Source: Takakia lepidozioides (taxonomy: Eukaryota; Plantae; Bryophyta). From it: a stretch of 64,000 nucleotides of DNA. Every line of letters starts with the position of its first letter. Position 1 is the first letter of the stretch. The DNA lies in assembly GCA_030704615.1 (NCBI GenBank), contig CM060732.1, positions 23,250,001 to 23,314,000 on the forward strand, in the 5' to 3' direction. Positions 14,831 through 28,721 of the stretch are shown one piece after another. The notes under the pieces were generated by a model, which saw only the letters and a program-made list of their open reading frames with translations, ran no database searches and had not been told where the DNA came from. A program made the translations under genes and the position numbers.

Positions 14831-16349
14831 TTTCTTAAAATCCATTGCAACCATAACTCTTTTTTTTTTTAATTAAGGGAAACACACCTAGGAGCGACAG
14901 CTCACAAATCAGGCCCCTTAATAGTGAGAGCAGAAAATAACGAGTGTTGTACTGGTATGTCCATTTTGGCATTCCCGTCTTGGTAGGTCCAACTGGTAGG
15001 GCCCGGGGTAGATTAGGACTGGCCAGGTATTTTATAGGATGGGTATGGGTATTTCAAATTTTGAGATACCTGGTCCTAGGCATGGATATGACAACAAACT
15101 CAAATGATATACTGGGGCAGTATGTACAATGGTATGGTTATATTTTTAATGGATGGTATCTTCGACAATTACATTATATATTATGGTATTTAAAGGTTAA
15201 CTTCATGTTATTTTTACATGTTTATTATATTTGTAGCCACAAACCCCTGTTGTTAGTTATAAATTTATGTCCTCAATTTTGACTCCTTATTAAGTAAAGC
15301 TTTTTCAGGCGCAGTCCCCTTTCTTTTATATATATATATGATACATGGTTATATTATGGTGATCTATGTTGTAGTGGTTTGAATACGTGATGCCAACGGC
15401 TCAAATGAGTGATGCCTGCGGCTGGGAGCCCAAAGATATAGTGCTATTTTTTTACATTGCACAAATGTGAATGAGGATAAGCACAAAAAAATTGTATCAT
15501 TACACATACCCATGCTAGCTTGGGTTCATCAATCCTCAATAGGGGTCTCAAGCCGAGTAAGTATGAAAATTCTAGCAACAACCGAAGGTCGAAAGCTAGT
15601 TTAGCATAGAGCAGATAAGGTGTCAGTGTGCCTCGTCATCGTTGCCACGTTTCGTTGTCATCAAATTTCGTCGGACCTGCCCGAACTGCCCAAAACTTCG
15701 CCCTCCATAGCACGGCTGTTGCCGCCTGCATCCACATTGGCAGTGTCCATCTTAGCTAAACAGACAAAAATGACTAACAACAAACTTGATTTTGAGTCAA
15801 CACTGTGCCTGTAATCATTGCAGACTTCCCTTAACCAGCCAGCGCATGATCGGCGCTGTGAATGACAGAACCTAGCCAGCCCAAAACACCAGGAATCACT
15901 GTCTTTCGGATTTTACTTGTGTTCAAAACATATTTTATTTTATTACAAATGGTCCTATTCCCGCGGCCTTATTCTCCTCCTATGCCTGTAATCGTTGCCG
16001 ACTATGCACGATCGGCAACTGCCGAACATGCTTTTTCTGAACCGAAGGCAAACTTCTAGGCCACATTATGATGCAACACCTCGTACTTTTTTACATGAAA
16101 AACAGTCAAAATTAGGTCGGGAAGGGCTAAATTCCAGGAATATTTCCTAATAATTGCTCTGCTCATGCTTATATGTGCTCATGCTCATGCTCACCGCTCA
16201 TACAAGGTACACACCCCCTCCATAGCACCCCGACACTGAGCATCAAAGGAAACAACAAATACCGACGCACATCCCCATGCCACTCCCAACATCGGGCTCG
16301 ATCCCACACAACAACAAACGAGCACCACGCACACTACACCATTTTAAAT

Positions 16350-19300
16350 TTAATGTTGTTTTGGAAATGGCTCAATTCGTCGATCGTTTATACAATCTCT
16401 CAAGTGGGTTCTCATGGCGGATGTTGCGTATCGGGAATGTGCCGGATTTAATCCGAATGCTATATCCGTGGCATAAGCTATCGCAAATACGCCACAAGAT
16501 GAACCGTCACTTTGTTGCATGACATTGGCATAGAGATAATTGAATTGTGGACTAGGAGTAATTTCGTCAGATGTTGTTATTTCGCTTGGTAGCTTCTTAT
16601 CCGCGGGCATGCTGGAATCAAACACCGTACATTGATAATTCGTTTCGTTCGGGTTTATCATTGTTAAAATCCAATGGTTGTTGTTGACGAATACGTGCTG
16701 CAAATACTTCTTGGTGTATTTCGTTCTGCCCAGTAGAGTCGAATACGCATGTTGTTGGTAGTTTTGTGTTTTCATATCAAATAATATTTGCATCCTGACC
16801 GCCAAATGCTGGTCACACAACCATCCATTATCGTCCAAGAGGATTTGTTCGTCGTGCGTTGTCAATAGAAGATCTTCGTGCCAATATGTTTCTTGGCGCA
16901 TATCTGTGTTTTCTGTGTCGGATTGTTCGTCTTCGGAATCGATTTCTATGATTTCGAGCGGTGTGGGAGCTAATTCTGAGCAAGTTCGATTTTCATTTGT
17001 ACATATCAGTGTATGATGTTCGGCTTCAGAATCGGTTGGCATTTTTATTTCTCCGGACGCGTGTTTCAGTTGGATTGGATGTGGATGTGGCGTTTTGGTT
17101 TTAGGGTCTGTATTCACCGTGCTGATGTGTTCTGTGGTCTTATGTGATTTTTGTTCTTGGACATTACAATCGGTTTGTGGAGCCATGAACTCTAGTGAGC
17201 TTGTCGTGAATTTGGCTGTTTGGATGTCTTCGAACTTCATGTCCCAAAGTATTATTAATCCTTGTAGGGAGCGTAAACGAGAGAGTGTGACGTAAATGTT
17301 GTGCATGTTCAAGGGGTGTCCATCTGGTGGTTTTTGTAAGTTGATGATTATCCTGTCGAAAGTTTTGCCTTGGCCTTTGTAGTCGGTTAGGCAATAGGCG
17401 GGTATCAGAGGCAATTGGCGTCTGCTGATTTTGAATTTCTTTGGTTTTTTCAGTTCATCCTCTGTTGACTGATGAATTCGCTGAAGTCGATTAATACGTG
17501 ATCTGGCGGGTGCATTAAACTTCCCGTACGGTCCAATCGTCTTCTGTTGTCGAGATCCCCACTATTTGTCCGACTGCGCCGTTTACAAGCCCCAATCTAG
17601 GATACAAATTGTCGGTGAGCATGACTGTCATTCCTTTGTATAATCTCAAAAATGGAAGAAGGTTGTGGCTTCTATTCCCGGGTACGGTCTGTCGGATAGC
17701 GAATTGGAACTCGTCGCGGAATGTGTGCTTCTTGTAGGTGTCTGTGGCTACTATGGTGTAGGACGCGTGGTTAGATTTACGTGTGTAGTATTCTATCATT
17801 TGGTGATTGATGGCATTCTTTAATTGGTTTCGAGGTACAATGTACGTTGCTTTATCCCATGGTTCGTTAAAGAGGTTGATTTTCAAGTTCGACATGAATC
17901 TTGTATGTAATAATTTGAAATCCGTTTGGGTGAAGTTGTCTTCGCGTAGATTCTGGAGCAATTTCGCATATTGTAGATCGTGGGCTTGTCTCATTTGTTG
18001 GATCAATATGATTGTGTTAGGCCGTATGTAATTTTCCCATAGGCTCTTGCCTATAATCTTTTTATGTGTGTATTTTGTGAATGTGAAAATGGGTTGAATG
18101 TTCGTTGAATACAGAGGCGCGTCAATGACTGGTGGAAACTGCATGAAATCGCCCATGAACATTATGTTGAGTCCTCCGAAGGATAACATGTTCAATTTGA
18201 ATTTTTGTAACTTCAGATGGATGTCGGCGATCATGTTGCATCCGACCATAGATACTTCGTCTATAATCAAATAGTATGTCCCGAACCATTCGTTTATGAA
18301 ACTTTTTGTGTCGGATTCGTTGACACTCTGGTTGATTTTCAAGCCCAATAGAGCGTGGATGGTCGATCCCCCTATGAGGGTTGCGGCGTTCGTTGTGTAA
18401 GCACCGATTTCAGTATTTTGAGTCTCTTGGTTTTTATAAAGTACGTTTGGATTGCTTTCGGTCTTTCCCGTTCCCGCAGCACCTCCCACATACATTAACG
18501 TTTGTTTTCTTCCATCGAGATAGTGATTTTGTAGGTCTATGAAACGTTCAAATGCTGATTCCTGCAAAGTGTTGAGCTTGTATTTTTTCATGACAAAATA
18601 CTTAGCTATTTGATGTTGGTCTCCATTGTGCAGGATATCAGGATCTACATCGTAATTGTCGTCATTTGGGATATCCATAGATTCGTTTTTTGGAATTTCT
18701 CTCAATTCTGGATTTTTGGGGTGAAGGTTAATGTTTTTGGATGACTGAGTTGCATTTGTGAACTCGTACAGGTTGTTGTCAATGTCAGTGGGTGGATTTT
18801 TGGATTCGCCTAATGTTTTCAACCATTTATTGATTTGGGTTCTATTTGATTTTTGGGACGCAGTTTGGATCATTCCTATTTTTTGTGCGGTATGGGGTTA
18901 TGGTGATATTTTTTCGTTGGCATCCGTAACGAGCTTGTTGGTAACCTCGGTCACATATTGGTTTTCGTTTGTATTGCACATAAGATATTCGATTTGTAAC
19001 TTTTGGCCTTTTGTGACTATGTCTTTAGTATATTGTTGTGACGCCGAATTGTCGTCCACATATATATCGTCGTTATCGTCATCGTGCATTTCGTCTGGCA
19101 TCTCATTGTATAAGAGGTCGATATTGATATCTTCTGGATTCTCGTCATCAAGTGGATTTTCGTTCTTTAGTAACAGTCTATCGGAGTCTCGTGATTCTTT
19201 GCATTCGTGGAGCATGTCGATATTTGCAATGATTTTTTGTTGAATTCCGAACATATTGGATATAGTTCGTCGAGAGTTTCTTCCCAACCTTGTTGTGATC

Positions 19301-22300
19301 TTGGCTTTAAATCGTGGATAGATCTCCATGGCATGAACAGAATACAAATAGCGCGAGCGTACGTTTTTTTTCGAAGGTATTTTGTAGCCTTGTATTACCG
19401 GCACTTTGGTCACCTGAGATTCGTATACACTGTGGGTGTCGCTTTGCGGATGTTCATGTATGAATTTGTAGTAGTACGGGCTTTTCACCTTGCATGATTT
19501 GCTGCAAAATTCGTAAGGTGACATTTTCTCGAACTTGTGTGGCCTGCTTTGATAGTCGATGCGAAAATTATACATAATCAATTTGTCGTTCTGTTCGGAT
19601 CTTTCAACTTTGAACGTTTCGAAAGTATTATCAGGGTCCTTATCGTCAGGCGTGTTGTTCAGATCGTTGTTTCCATCTTCGTTCGATTGATATTGTTCTT
19701 GTTCACGGATCCATGCCGATAAACTATACCACGACAAATATGCAAACTGGTGGTCTGTCAAATGGTCTGGATATTTCATCAGGTAACTGACTGCCCTTGT
19801 CGCCGATATCTCTTGTTGGGATCCGATCGTGTTCAAACATCGAATCAACAATTTTCGGCTTTTGTCGACTGAATGTTCGGAATATAGATTGTCATAAGTC
19901 GTTTGGATTTATTTTACGGCTATTTGCAAGAGCGAATACATGTGTGATGTATAGACGGAAGATTTGTGATGTAATCCGTGATGTAGTATATCAGTGCCTT
20001 TGCGTATTTCCCTGAAGCACCGATGAACTTCAAATTGTGGTTGCATCTTCCTGATACTAACATCTATGGATTTGCATTGTTCAACCATTTGTCAGTTCGT
20101 TTTATGTGCAACAGCCCGGTTTCATCGTCGAAATATGTTTTTTCAACTAAGACAACGGGAACTCCGTATCTACAATTCTTTTTTAAAACGTCTTCGTTGG
20201 TTTTGTAGCACGTGGGATTGCATACATTCAGCAGTTTTGAAACGTCGCGTGTAAAGTTAGCATGAAATGTTTTAGAGTGAACATCGGGAGGTCTAGTAGT
20301 GCACGGATGAATTTCGGTGTTTACATTGTTTTCTTTGTTGTCGGGGTCAATGGTAGTGGGTGGAATGTCATCGTCAACCGGTATTTCGGATTTGAACTGG
20401 ATCAAGTCGCGTACTATGATGTTGTCCAAATATGCCAACATTTTCCGTTTGAATTCTTTGTCTTCTTTCAGTTTTTGTACGAGGTCGTTTGGATTTGGGG
20501 CATTTTCTAGCCACAACAATGTGTGTGTATGAAGTGAACCATTTTTCGCCGTTTCGTAACAACCGTAATATGCATTAATGTTTTCAAGTACTCTCGTATT
20601 TATTGTGGTAGTTTTGGCGGTCTCTTTGACGCGCAGTAGGTATTTAAAAACTACATTCACGATGATGTATACAAATTTAGCTTGAGAACTCGGATTCGTA
20701 GTGACAATTGCACGCCTTTCATAGTGGTCCGGGAGGTTTTCATCGAAAAAAATGTCAAGATCGATGTCGTTTCCACTTAGCAGGGACACAAGAGAATGAT
20801 GTACGAATGTTGGATTCAAAGTGAAGAACAAGCTTGATGTTCCCAACTGTTGCATCATGCTGAATATTTCGTTTCTCTGTGTTGCGCGGCTGCTTCCAGA
20901 TGCCATCACTTGTTTACTTGATACTTTCAAATACCGCAATAACTTTTGAATTTTCGGTTTGTTATATATTGTTTTCACGTCCTCTATTATGTCATTGAAG
21001 TCTTCTGAACGGATATTATTAAGGAGTTGTGCTTCACTTTGAAATGACGATCTCAACACTGTCAGTTTTGCGCCTAGGCATATTTGTCTACGTTGCATCA
21101 AATTGAACATGAAGAATGGAAATAAGTGGTGTTTCGAAAAGTCGTGATGAATATCAGTGAGAGACTCATCAAACATTCAATGTGGGCCTCCAAAGTTACT
21201 TTGATTGGACAGTTTTTCATTTTGGTTACGCCGATTCCAAACGGAAATAACGTTGGAAATATGCACGCAATCAGTTTTGGGTTTGCGTATTCGTTCACCA
21301 TTTCGGTTTCGTGCGTGTATGACAAGTACATGTTTTATTGTAGTTGCAATTCATTTAAAGCGTTGGAGATTAGGTCATCGTGCTTTATGTCTATTTCGTC
21401 GAAATTGATGAGTCCGGAGGTGTCTATGACAGGCTGGATCGTATCGTCGTCTTTGTTGATTGGTATTTTTTTGTTGTGCAAATCAGTTATGTTGGTACGA
21501 TGTTCAGGGTTGGCGAATTCAATGTCCGTGGATTCAAACACCGATCTCAAGATTGATGGTGGAATATCATTCTCTGGTAGTCCATCCAATATGTCGTTAT
21601 CAATTTGAATGTCCTTGTAATCCGTGTGATTGTTTTTCAGCCATGTTAACCATGTCGTCACTGCAAGTCTACGTACGTATAGCAAATTACATGTTTTCAC
21701 GACATTAACGGGTGGATGTGAAGTACCGACGAAGTGGACGGCGACAATATTGGATAATGAATCTAAGGGTGGTGGCAATTTGTTCAGCAATTCGACCGCA
21801 CGACTTGGATTTTGAGCAAAACTCACCAAATTTCCTCTCAATGCGCGTTGTCCCTTTCCGCCCTTATTTACATATCGTAATTTGAACAACATCACACGAG
21901 AACGGTATCTTGCTATTAACGTTTCTTCAACCATGGTTAACTTTGGCAAAATGTCGTGAACTTTTCCGATCCACAAAGCATTGGCGAGTGCAAACTTTGA
22001 CATCTTGTTCTTTTTCAAGATGGAACTATAGTTTTTGCAAATGAAGATGGTACGTGCAGTATTTGATACTCCTCGTTTGTCCAATAACAACCCATTTAAT
22101 TCGTCCAACTGATGTTTTGTGTCATTGATCAATTCTTGGGGAACCTCTTCCAAGATATTATGTTCTTCGAAGTGATTTTCTACTTGTAGGCTTAGCCCAT
22201 TTTTCATGTGTTTCAAGATGTCGCTTTGTAATTCACCGATTCTCCATTTCAACATGTTAGATGTTGCTATGTCTCTGCTGCAAACGCAACAATATTGATT

Positions 22301-22952
22301 GGTGAATGTCGCATTGCTGATGTATTCGTTGAGTTGGATAAACAAAACAAGTTGTTCTCCAAACATGTTTCTAGTGGGAAAAGATTATTATTTAGTTTTT
22401 TTGCAGGAGCGCTATACAATTGCTCTCGTTTTCTTTTGAGCTTTTCTTTCTCGTCATTTTCGTTTGCGATATATTTTTGAATTTGTGTAGCACATGTTTG
22501 ATCTTTGATGAGTGGATATTGGTTTTGTTGGAATGCGTATTTTGCCCTTCGTTTAGCATTTATTTTGTGTGGAGCGGGAGTGGCTTGAGAATTTTTTATT
22601 TCCGTGGTTTGTTGATTTTTCATCAATGGATGTTGGGTTTTTTGGAATGCGTATTTTTCCCTTCGTTTGGCATTTGTCCCTTCTGGATCGGGAGTCGGTT
22701 GACATTCGATTTTCTGGTTTGTTGTGGTTTTTCAAATCTGTATTTTTCCCTCCATTTAGCATTTGTTTCGTCTGGATCTATTTCCGTGATTTGTGGTGGA
22801 TTTTCGAATTTGTACTTTTCCTTTCGTTTAACATTTGTTTCCTCTAGATTGGGAGTCGGTTGTTTATATCTTTTCCGTCGTTCATCATTTAGTTTCTCTT
22901 TATTTAAAGCATATTTTCTCCGCCTCTTAGCATTAGCAATTTCCTTTTCCAT
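16350..22952 (-). mobile_element. Decayed autonomous Helitron (Helitron2/Helentron-like) RepHel gene: N-terminal repeats, DUF6570-like domain, HUH Rep, PIF1 helicase, C48/Ulp1-like cysteine protease
   Basis: Consecutive minus-strand ORFs broken by stops and frameshifts. DUF6570-like: ALANALWIG..LTMVEETLIARYR, YVRR..V..WL.WLKNNH..Y. Rep motifs: SLFFTLNP, YETAKNGSLHTHTLLWL (HUH), ALIYYITDYIT (~19960-19998). Helicase motifs: GAAGTGKT, IIDEVSMV, FGGLNIMFMGDFMQFPPV, QMRQ, YCLTDYKGQGKT, YVTLSR. Protease motifs: GWLCDQHL, NNHW, QQSDGSSCGVFAIA. Termini not identified. Confidence 0.92.
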
Positions 22953-23156
22953 GTTAAGTTGGTGTTATAGACATCTGGATATTTGTTTTACAAATAAATA
23001 ATCGTATTCACGTAGGACATTGGCCTTTTGATAAAATAGATAATGGTTGTATAGGTCTAGATGAATTTATCATAACAACAATTGTCTTTGATAGAAATCA
23101 TTTGTCTTTGATAAGAATCATTTGTCTGCATAGAGGAATAATAATAATAATAATAC

Positions 23157-24194
23157 AGGTTTCAAAACCGCCCTACTCTCCCTCTTCGGAGAGAGTTCGA
23201 GTGCCCAGATAAAAATTATTTCAAAACTGCCATTCTCTCCCACCGGACTGGGTTCGAATCCCCTAGTGATGCTGGAAGATATGGCCGGTGCAAAGTTGAT
23301 TGTTCTATTTTAAAAAGGCTTGGAAGGACTTTGAGCCTGAGGGGATAAAATTCAGGGGGAGTTTGAGCCTCTGGGAGGAAAGAGGAAAAATAAAAGATAA
23401 AGATAATAAAGGTTTCAAACCACCATACTCTCCCTCTTCGGGGAGAGTTCGAGTGCCCAGATAAAAATTGTTTCAAAACCGCCATTCTCCCCCACCGGAC
23501 TGGGTTCGAATCCCCTAGTGATGCTGGAAGATGTGGCCGGTGCAAAGTTGATTGTTCTATTCTAACAAGGCTTGGAAGGACTGTGAGCCTGAGGGGATAA
23601 AAATTCAGGGGGAGAAGAGAGTTTGAGTCTCTGAGAGGAAAGTGGAAAAATAAAAGAAACAGATAATAAAGGTTTCAAACCCAACCTACTCTCCCTCTTC
23701 GGAGAGAGTTCGAGTGCCTAGATAAAAATTGTTTCAAAACCGCCATTTTCCCCCACCGGACTGGGTTCGAATCCCCTAGTGATGCTGGAAGATATGGCCG
23801 GTGCAAGGTTGATTGTTCTATTCTAACAAGGCTTGGAAGGACTTTGAGCCTGAGGGGATAAAATTCAGGGGGAGAAGAGAGTTTGAGTCTCTGGGAAGAA
23901 AGCGGAAAAATAAAAATAAAAAGATAATAAAGGTTTCAAACCCGACCTACTCTCTCTCCTCGGAGAGAGTTCAAGTGCCCAGATAAAAATTGTTTCAAAA
24001 CCGCCATTCTCCCCCACCGGACTGGGTTCGAATCCCCTAGCGATGCTAGAAGATATGGTCGGTGCAAGGTTGATTGTTCTATTCTAACAGGGCTTGGAAG
24101 GACTTTGAGCCTGAGGGGATAAAAATTCAGGGGGAGAAGAGAGTTTGAGTCTCTGGGAGGAAAGAGAAAAAATAAAATAAAAAAGATAACAAAG
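23157..24194. repeat. Tandem repeat, 4 x ~260 bp, upstream of the Helitron ORF
   Basis: Unit starts GGTTTCAAA at 23158, 23411, 23671 and 23932. Every unit contains GGGTTCGAATCCCCTAG. Confidence 0.95.
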
Positions 24195-26190
24195 TGTCAT
24201 TCTGAACAATGCCCTGGTGAACATGTATGCCAAATGTGGGTGCATTAAGGATGCAAAGGCAGTTTTCAAGGAGGCATTTCAGTAGATTCAGATACGTATG
24301 TCTGTCTCTTGCATAGGTGCAAGATGAAAGGCCTTGAAGCTGGAAAGCAGGTGCACACTCACATTATCGAAAGTGGATTTAGCAAACTACTCAACACCCT
24401 TGTCAACATGTATGTTAAGTGCGGGAGCATCATGGATGCTCACCAAGTGTTCAACGGAATGCCTCAACCATCTTTGATCACGTGGAATATAATGTTGGTG
24501 GGGTTTACCAAGCATGGGTGTGGTATGAATGCTTTGGAGACATATGAGCAAATGATGCGCGAAGGGGTGAAGCCCAACCACATCACGTTGCAATGCGTGT
24601 GCAAGCCTGGGAGCCCTGGAAAAGGGGAAAGAGGTCCATGATGACCTCGTCAAAGCTGGAATTGTACCAGATGTCATTTTGAACACTGCCATGGTGGACA
24701 TGTATGCCAAATGTGGGTGCATTAAGGATGCAAAGGCAGTTTTCAACAATATGCAGGCTGAACGATGTGGTGTCGTGGAGCGCGATGCTTGCAGGGTATG
24801 CACAGCAGGGACGTGGGGTAGAGGCTTTGGAGACCTAGGAGCAAATGATGGGGGAAGGGGTGAAGCCCAACCACATCACGTTTGTGTGCGTTTGCAATGC
24901 GTGTGCAAGCCTGGCAGCTCTGGAAAAGGGCAAAGAGGCCCATGGCGACATTGTCAAAGCTAGAATTGTACCCGATGTCATTCTGAACAATGCCCTCATG
25001 AACATGTACGCCAAATGTGGGAGCATCGAGGATGCAAAGGTAGTGTTCAACAATATGGCTGAATGAAATGTGGTGTCGTGGAACGCGATGGTTGCAGGGC
25101 ATGCACAGTAGGGGCGCGGGATGGAGGCTTTGGAGACCTATGAGCAGATGATGGTGGAAGGGGTGAAGCTCGACCATATCACATTTGTGCGTTTGCAAGC
25201 CTGGCAGCCTTGGAAAAGGGCAAAGAGGTGCATGGTTGTATCGCAAAAACTGGAATTGTACCAGATGTGATTTTGAACGATATCCTCATGGGCATGTATG
25301 CAAAATGTGGGTGCATTGAGGATGCGGAGGGAGTGTTTGACAGTATGGCTGAACGAGATTTGGTGTCATGGAGTGCGATGATTGCAGGGTATGCATAGCA
25401 AGGGCGCGGGATGGAGGCTTTGGAGACCTATGAGTAAATGATGGGGGAAGGGGTGAAGCCCAACCACATCACGTTTGTTTCCGTTTGCAATGCCTGTGCA
25501 AGCCTGGCAGCCCTGGAAAAGGGAAAAGAGGTCCATGGTGACATCGTCAAAGCTGGAATTGTACACTGCCCTAGTGGACATGTATGCCAAATGTGGGTGC
25601 ATTGAGGATGCGAAGGGACTGTTCGACAATATGGCTGAACGAAATATGGTGTCGTGGAATGTTCGCAGGATATGCCCAGCATGGTGTCATAGGGAGGTCC
25701 TGCAACTATTTGAGGGAATGCAAAATAATGGCTTGAAGCCGGACAATATCACCTTTATATGTGTTCTCTTTGCATGCAACCACTCTGGCCTACTGAATGA
25801 AGGAAATCAAGATCATGGTGTCACTCCGACAGTAAAGCACTTTTGGCTGTATGGTGGACCTTCTTGGACATGGGGGACAACTGGATGAGGCAGTGGATCT
25901 GATTAATAAGATGCCAATCAATCCAGATGTTGTGGTGTGGAAGGCCTTGCTTGGTGCCTGCAGAATCCATGGCAATGTGGAGATGGCTGAACATGCGGCA
26001 ACATCTATCCTCAAATGGGATGAACACTAAGATGCCGCGACTTATGTGTTGCTATCAAACATCTATGCTGCAGCTGGTAGGTGGGATAATACTGCAAAGG
26101 TGAGAAGAATGATGAAGGTTAGAGGGGTTAGAAAAGAGCCAGGTCGCTGCTGCATCGAGGTTGGCAACATGGTGCACACCTTTGCCGTTC
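24195..26190 (+). pseudogene. PLS-class pentatricopeptide-repeat gene with E domain, pseudogenised
   Basis: Repeated NALVDMYAKCG.IEDA..VF, VVSWNAM..GYA and GVKPNHITFV.V.NACASLAALEKGKEVH motifs, then MPINPDVVVWKALLGACRIHGN and YVLLSNIYAAAGRWD..VRRMM..GVRKEPG. Many frameshifts and C-to-T stop codons. No DYW domain seen. Confidence 0.92.
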
Positions 26191-26949
26191 CTTGGTCCTG
26201 ATCCTTGAGGGTAAAAGTCCAGTGTCAGAGCCCTGGATTTTCAACTACTGCAAACTGCTTATTGCTGCCAACCAGCATCATAACAGTAGTGCAAATTACA
26301 ATGGATCTTCAACCCAACTATTCAAGTTTCAAGCTAATTTAACTAGGCATGAGTATGCTTGCTTCATTGTCAAAAACTCCTAAGAGAGCAGAACATATTT
26401 CAGCTATAAAGCATCTTTTATAGAGGGGTCTAGGTGTGTAACGGTTTGATCGGCAAAAAAGCACTGTTGCCAAACCCTTTGGCCCTTCAGCTAAGACATA
26501 AAGAGGCAGCACATTTGGAAAAAGAATGAGGATAATACCCCAAGTAAATGTCATACAGGCGTCCCCAGAGATGCCATCTCCTGTGGCATTCACCTACCAC
26601 CTACAGACAGACCAGGTCACCCAAACTTGAGCCCCTTCCAAATCTGTCACATTTGTTGTGTAGAAAGTGAACAAGTGAGTACAAATATGCCTAACATCCA
26701 CCATTGACATTGAAACAGCAACTTCAACTTTAAAGCATACATGAGTAGGATAAATTAGATCCCTTACTTTGCCATCAATTTCGACATAGATCGCAGGGAT
26801 GGCTGTCATGTTGACTTTACACTTGGGAGGGCAGCTCGCTGCAGAGTACGCTCACTGCTGAACCCTCCCATATTCCAAGACAACTTGTATTTAGTTGAAG
26901 AGATAGTGAAGGGAGAAAAGTAATAAGTACCCGACACACTTCATTGCCA

Positions 26950-27095
26950 TTAGCATCTGGTACAATTCCAGCTTTGACGGTCATCATGGACCTCTTTCCC
27001 CTTTTCCAGGGCTCCCAGGCTTGCACACGCATTGCAAATGCAACCGAATGTGATGTGGTTGGGCTTCACCCCTTTGCGCATCATTTGCTCATACG
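26950..27095 (-). pseudogene. Inverted PPR fragment
   Basis: Reverse complement of the same PPR motif (YEQMMRKGVKPNHIT...LEKGKEVHDD..KAGIVPD). Confidence 0.8.
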
Positions 27096-27109
27096 CCTGT
27101 ACCTCTGTT

Positions 27110-27880
27110 TACCAACTTTGAAAGTCTCGAGGCTGAGGCAAACGCCCAGGCCCTTTTGGGGCCTAGTTATTGGGCAAACCACACACAACAGGTTGATGCT
27201 TGTGTAAAGGGATTTCTAGAGGATATTTGGAAAACCCGGATCAATTGTTTATTCCAAGGTAAGTCTTACTACGGGCGTCGGCCCTTGACAAAGGTAGGTT
27301 CTATCCCTTTGTGTTCCGCTCAAACTGGGCGCGGAGTAAATGTCCACAAGGCTACGGCAAACAACGTCTTAGGAATATACTCTCTCTCTCCCTCCAGATT
27401 CAAGGTCAGATGGTTGGGTCAGCTGCAATGTAGGACTAAAAACACATACCCTAAGTTAATCGACTCTATCTTGGAAGCAGGATTGCCTTGTCAAACAAGT
27501 TAAGTCCTGGCGGAAGAAGCAGTTTTCAAGGATCTGATTCTGAGTCTGCAAGTCTTGACCCTGCTGGATAATTCTGACCTAGAGGCTGTGGGGTCCAAAG
27601 CCATGTCTGTTGCCAGGAAATTGTTTGACAAAAATGAAATTAGGCAGAAAACTTCCCTGAAAAACTTGTTTCCAGTCGGTGACATGAGTGAGGCCATCAT
27701 GGATGACCTCAAGGGTCTACCCACTCTGGGCATTAGACTGAAATTTAAACTCTGGGCGGGAAGCCTACCTTGAACAACAAACATATGCAGAGAGGAAGGG
27801 GATTGCAAATGCCTGTTGTGTGGGGCAACCTGAAGACAATATTCACACTTCAGGTAATCTAGAGGTGGACACAACAGATG
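27110..27880 (+). mobile_element. Degenerate LINE ORF2 C-terminal fragment (zf-RVT-like)
   Basis: FKLWAGSLP*...CKCLLCG...H pattern near 27740-27850 resembles the L1-type post-RT zinc finger. Reading frames are broken. Confidence 0.4.
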
Positions 27881-28227
27881 AGGCAAGGCACAATGGCTGT
27901 ACCACCATCATAGAAGGCTTGCTCTAGGACTCAGGTTTCAAAACAAAATCATTCTGGTCTTCCAGTTTTTCTCAATAAAGCTCTTCACCATGGTATGAAT
28001 TTGATGTGAGTACTCACCCAAGAAATAGACCAAAGGAGGGCATTGCCGCCAACTTTTGGAAATGACCGACAAAATGTGACAATCATTTTAGAGATTTCAA
28101 CGAGGGTGATTCATTTAGAAGACCAACCAATATAGTACACCACAACATTTATCTCTCCTCAGCATCATGCCACAATTTTGTTGTTGCTGCCAAGGAGAAA
28201 ATATAATCCAGGTTAAATTGAACCAAC

Positions 28228-28442
28228 CTGAACAATGTCGATGTCCATAGTATGTGGAGCACTTAAAGGCATTTCCACATGAAGTGTGTCGACCAGAGAA
28301 GGGAGTCCAGCTATAACAACTGACTCCTCATTCTTAAACAGAGCCTCCACATCAAACTCCTTGCTCCAGTCAGCTACAATTGCAGATTCCGCATGCTCAC
28401 GGCCCTCCCGCACAGGTGGCACTGTGTAGTAAGGGATTTTTC
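28228..28442 (-). pseudogene. Isolated exon of a nucleostemin/GNL3-like GTPase (NSN1-like)
   Basis: AG/GT-bounded exon encoding GKIPYYTVPPVREGREHAESAIVADWSKEFDVEALFKNEESVVIAGL, which matches the post-GTPase segment of plant NSN1/GNL3 as I recall it. No other exons of that gene are recognisable in the window. Confidence 0.75.
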
Positions 28443-28721
28443 CTGCCATTGAAACAAGATAAATGAATGTCAGTTCCAAAAATCTTCTCGAAGGGTAACC
28501 ATAGTAACTGTGAATTCTTGGCTTGCATTTGAAACATATATAAGTGGTTTTACTGTAAAAGGAACTGTACATGTCAGCTTTAGATATAGGTACATTTCCA
28601 CCATATCCCACCATTGATTGAATGAAGGCAGGAAAGTTTCCTAACCTAGACAGTCGAGGGACAATGTTCTGAAAATGAACTCCACGCTTCTTTCACAGTT
28701 CGTTCGATGATGAAAACCATT

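Noticed and set aside
15600-16340. Helitron 3' terminus (hairpin plus CTRR)
   Set aside because: No convincing hairpin/CTRR or subterminal inverted repeat could be located by eye.
23240-23280. Functional tRNA genes here and at 14640, 57627 and 57960
   Set aside because: Only promoter-box-like motifs are present; I could not fold a complete cloverleaf.
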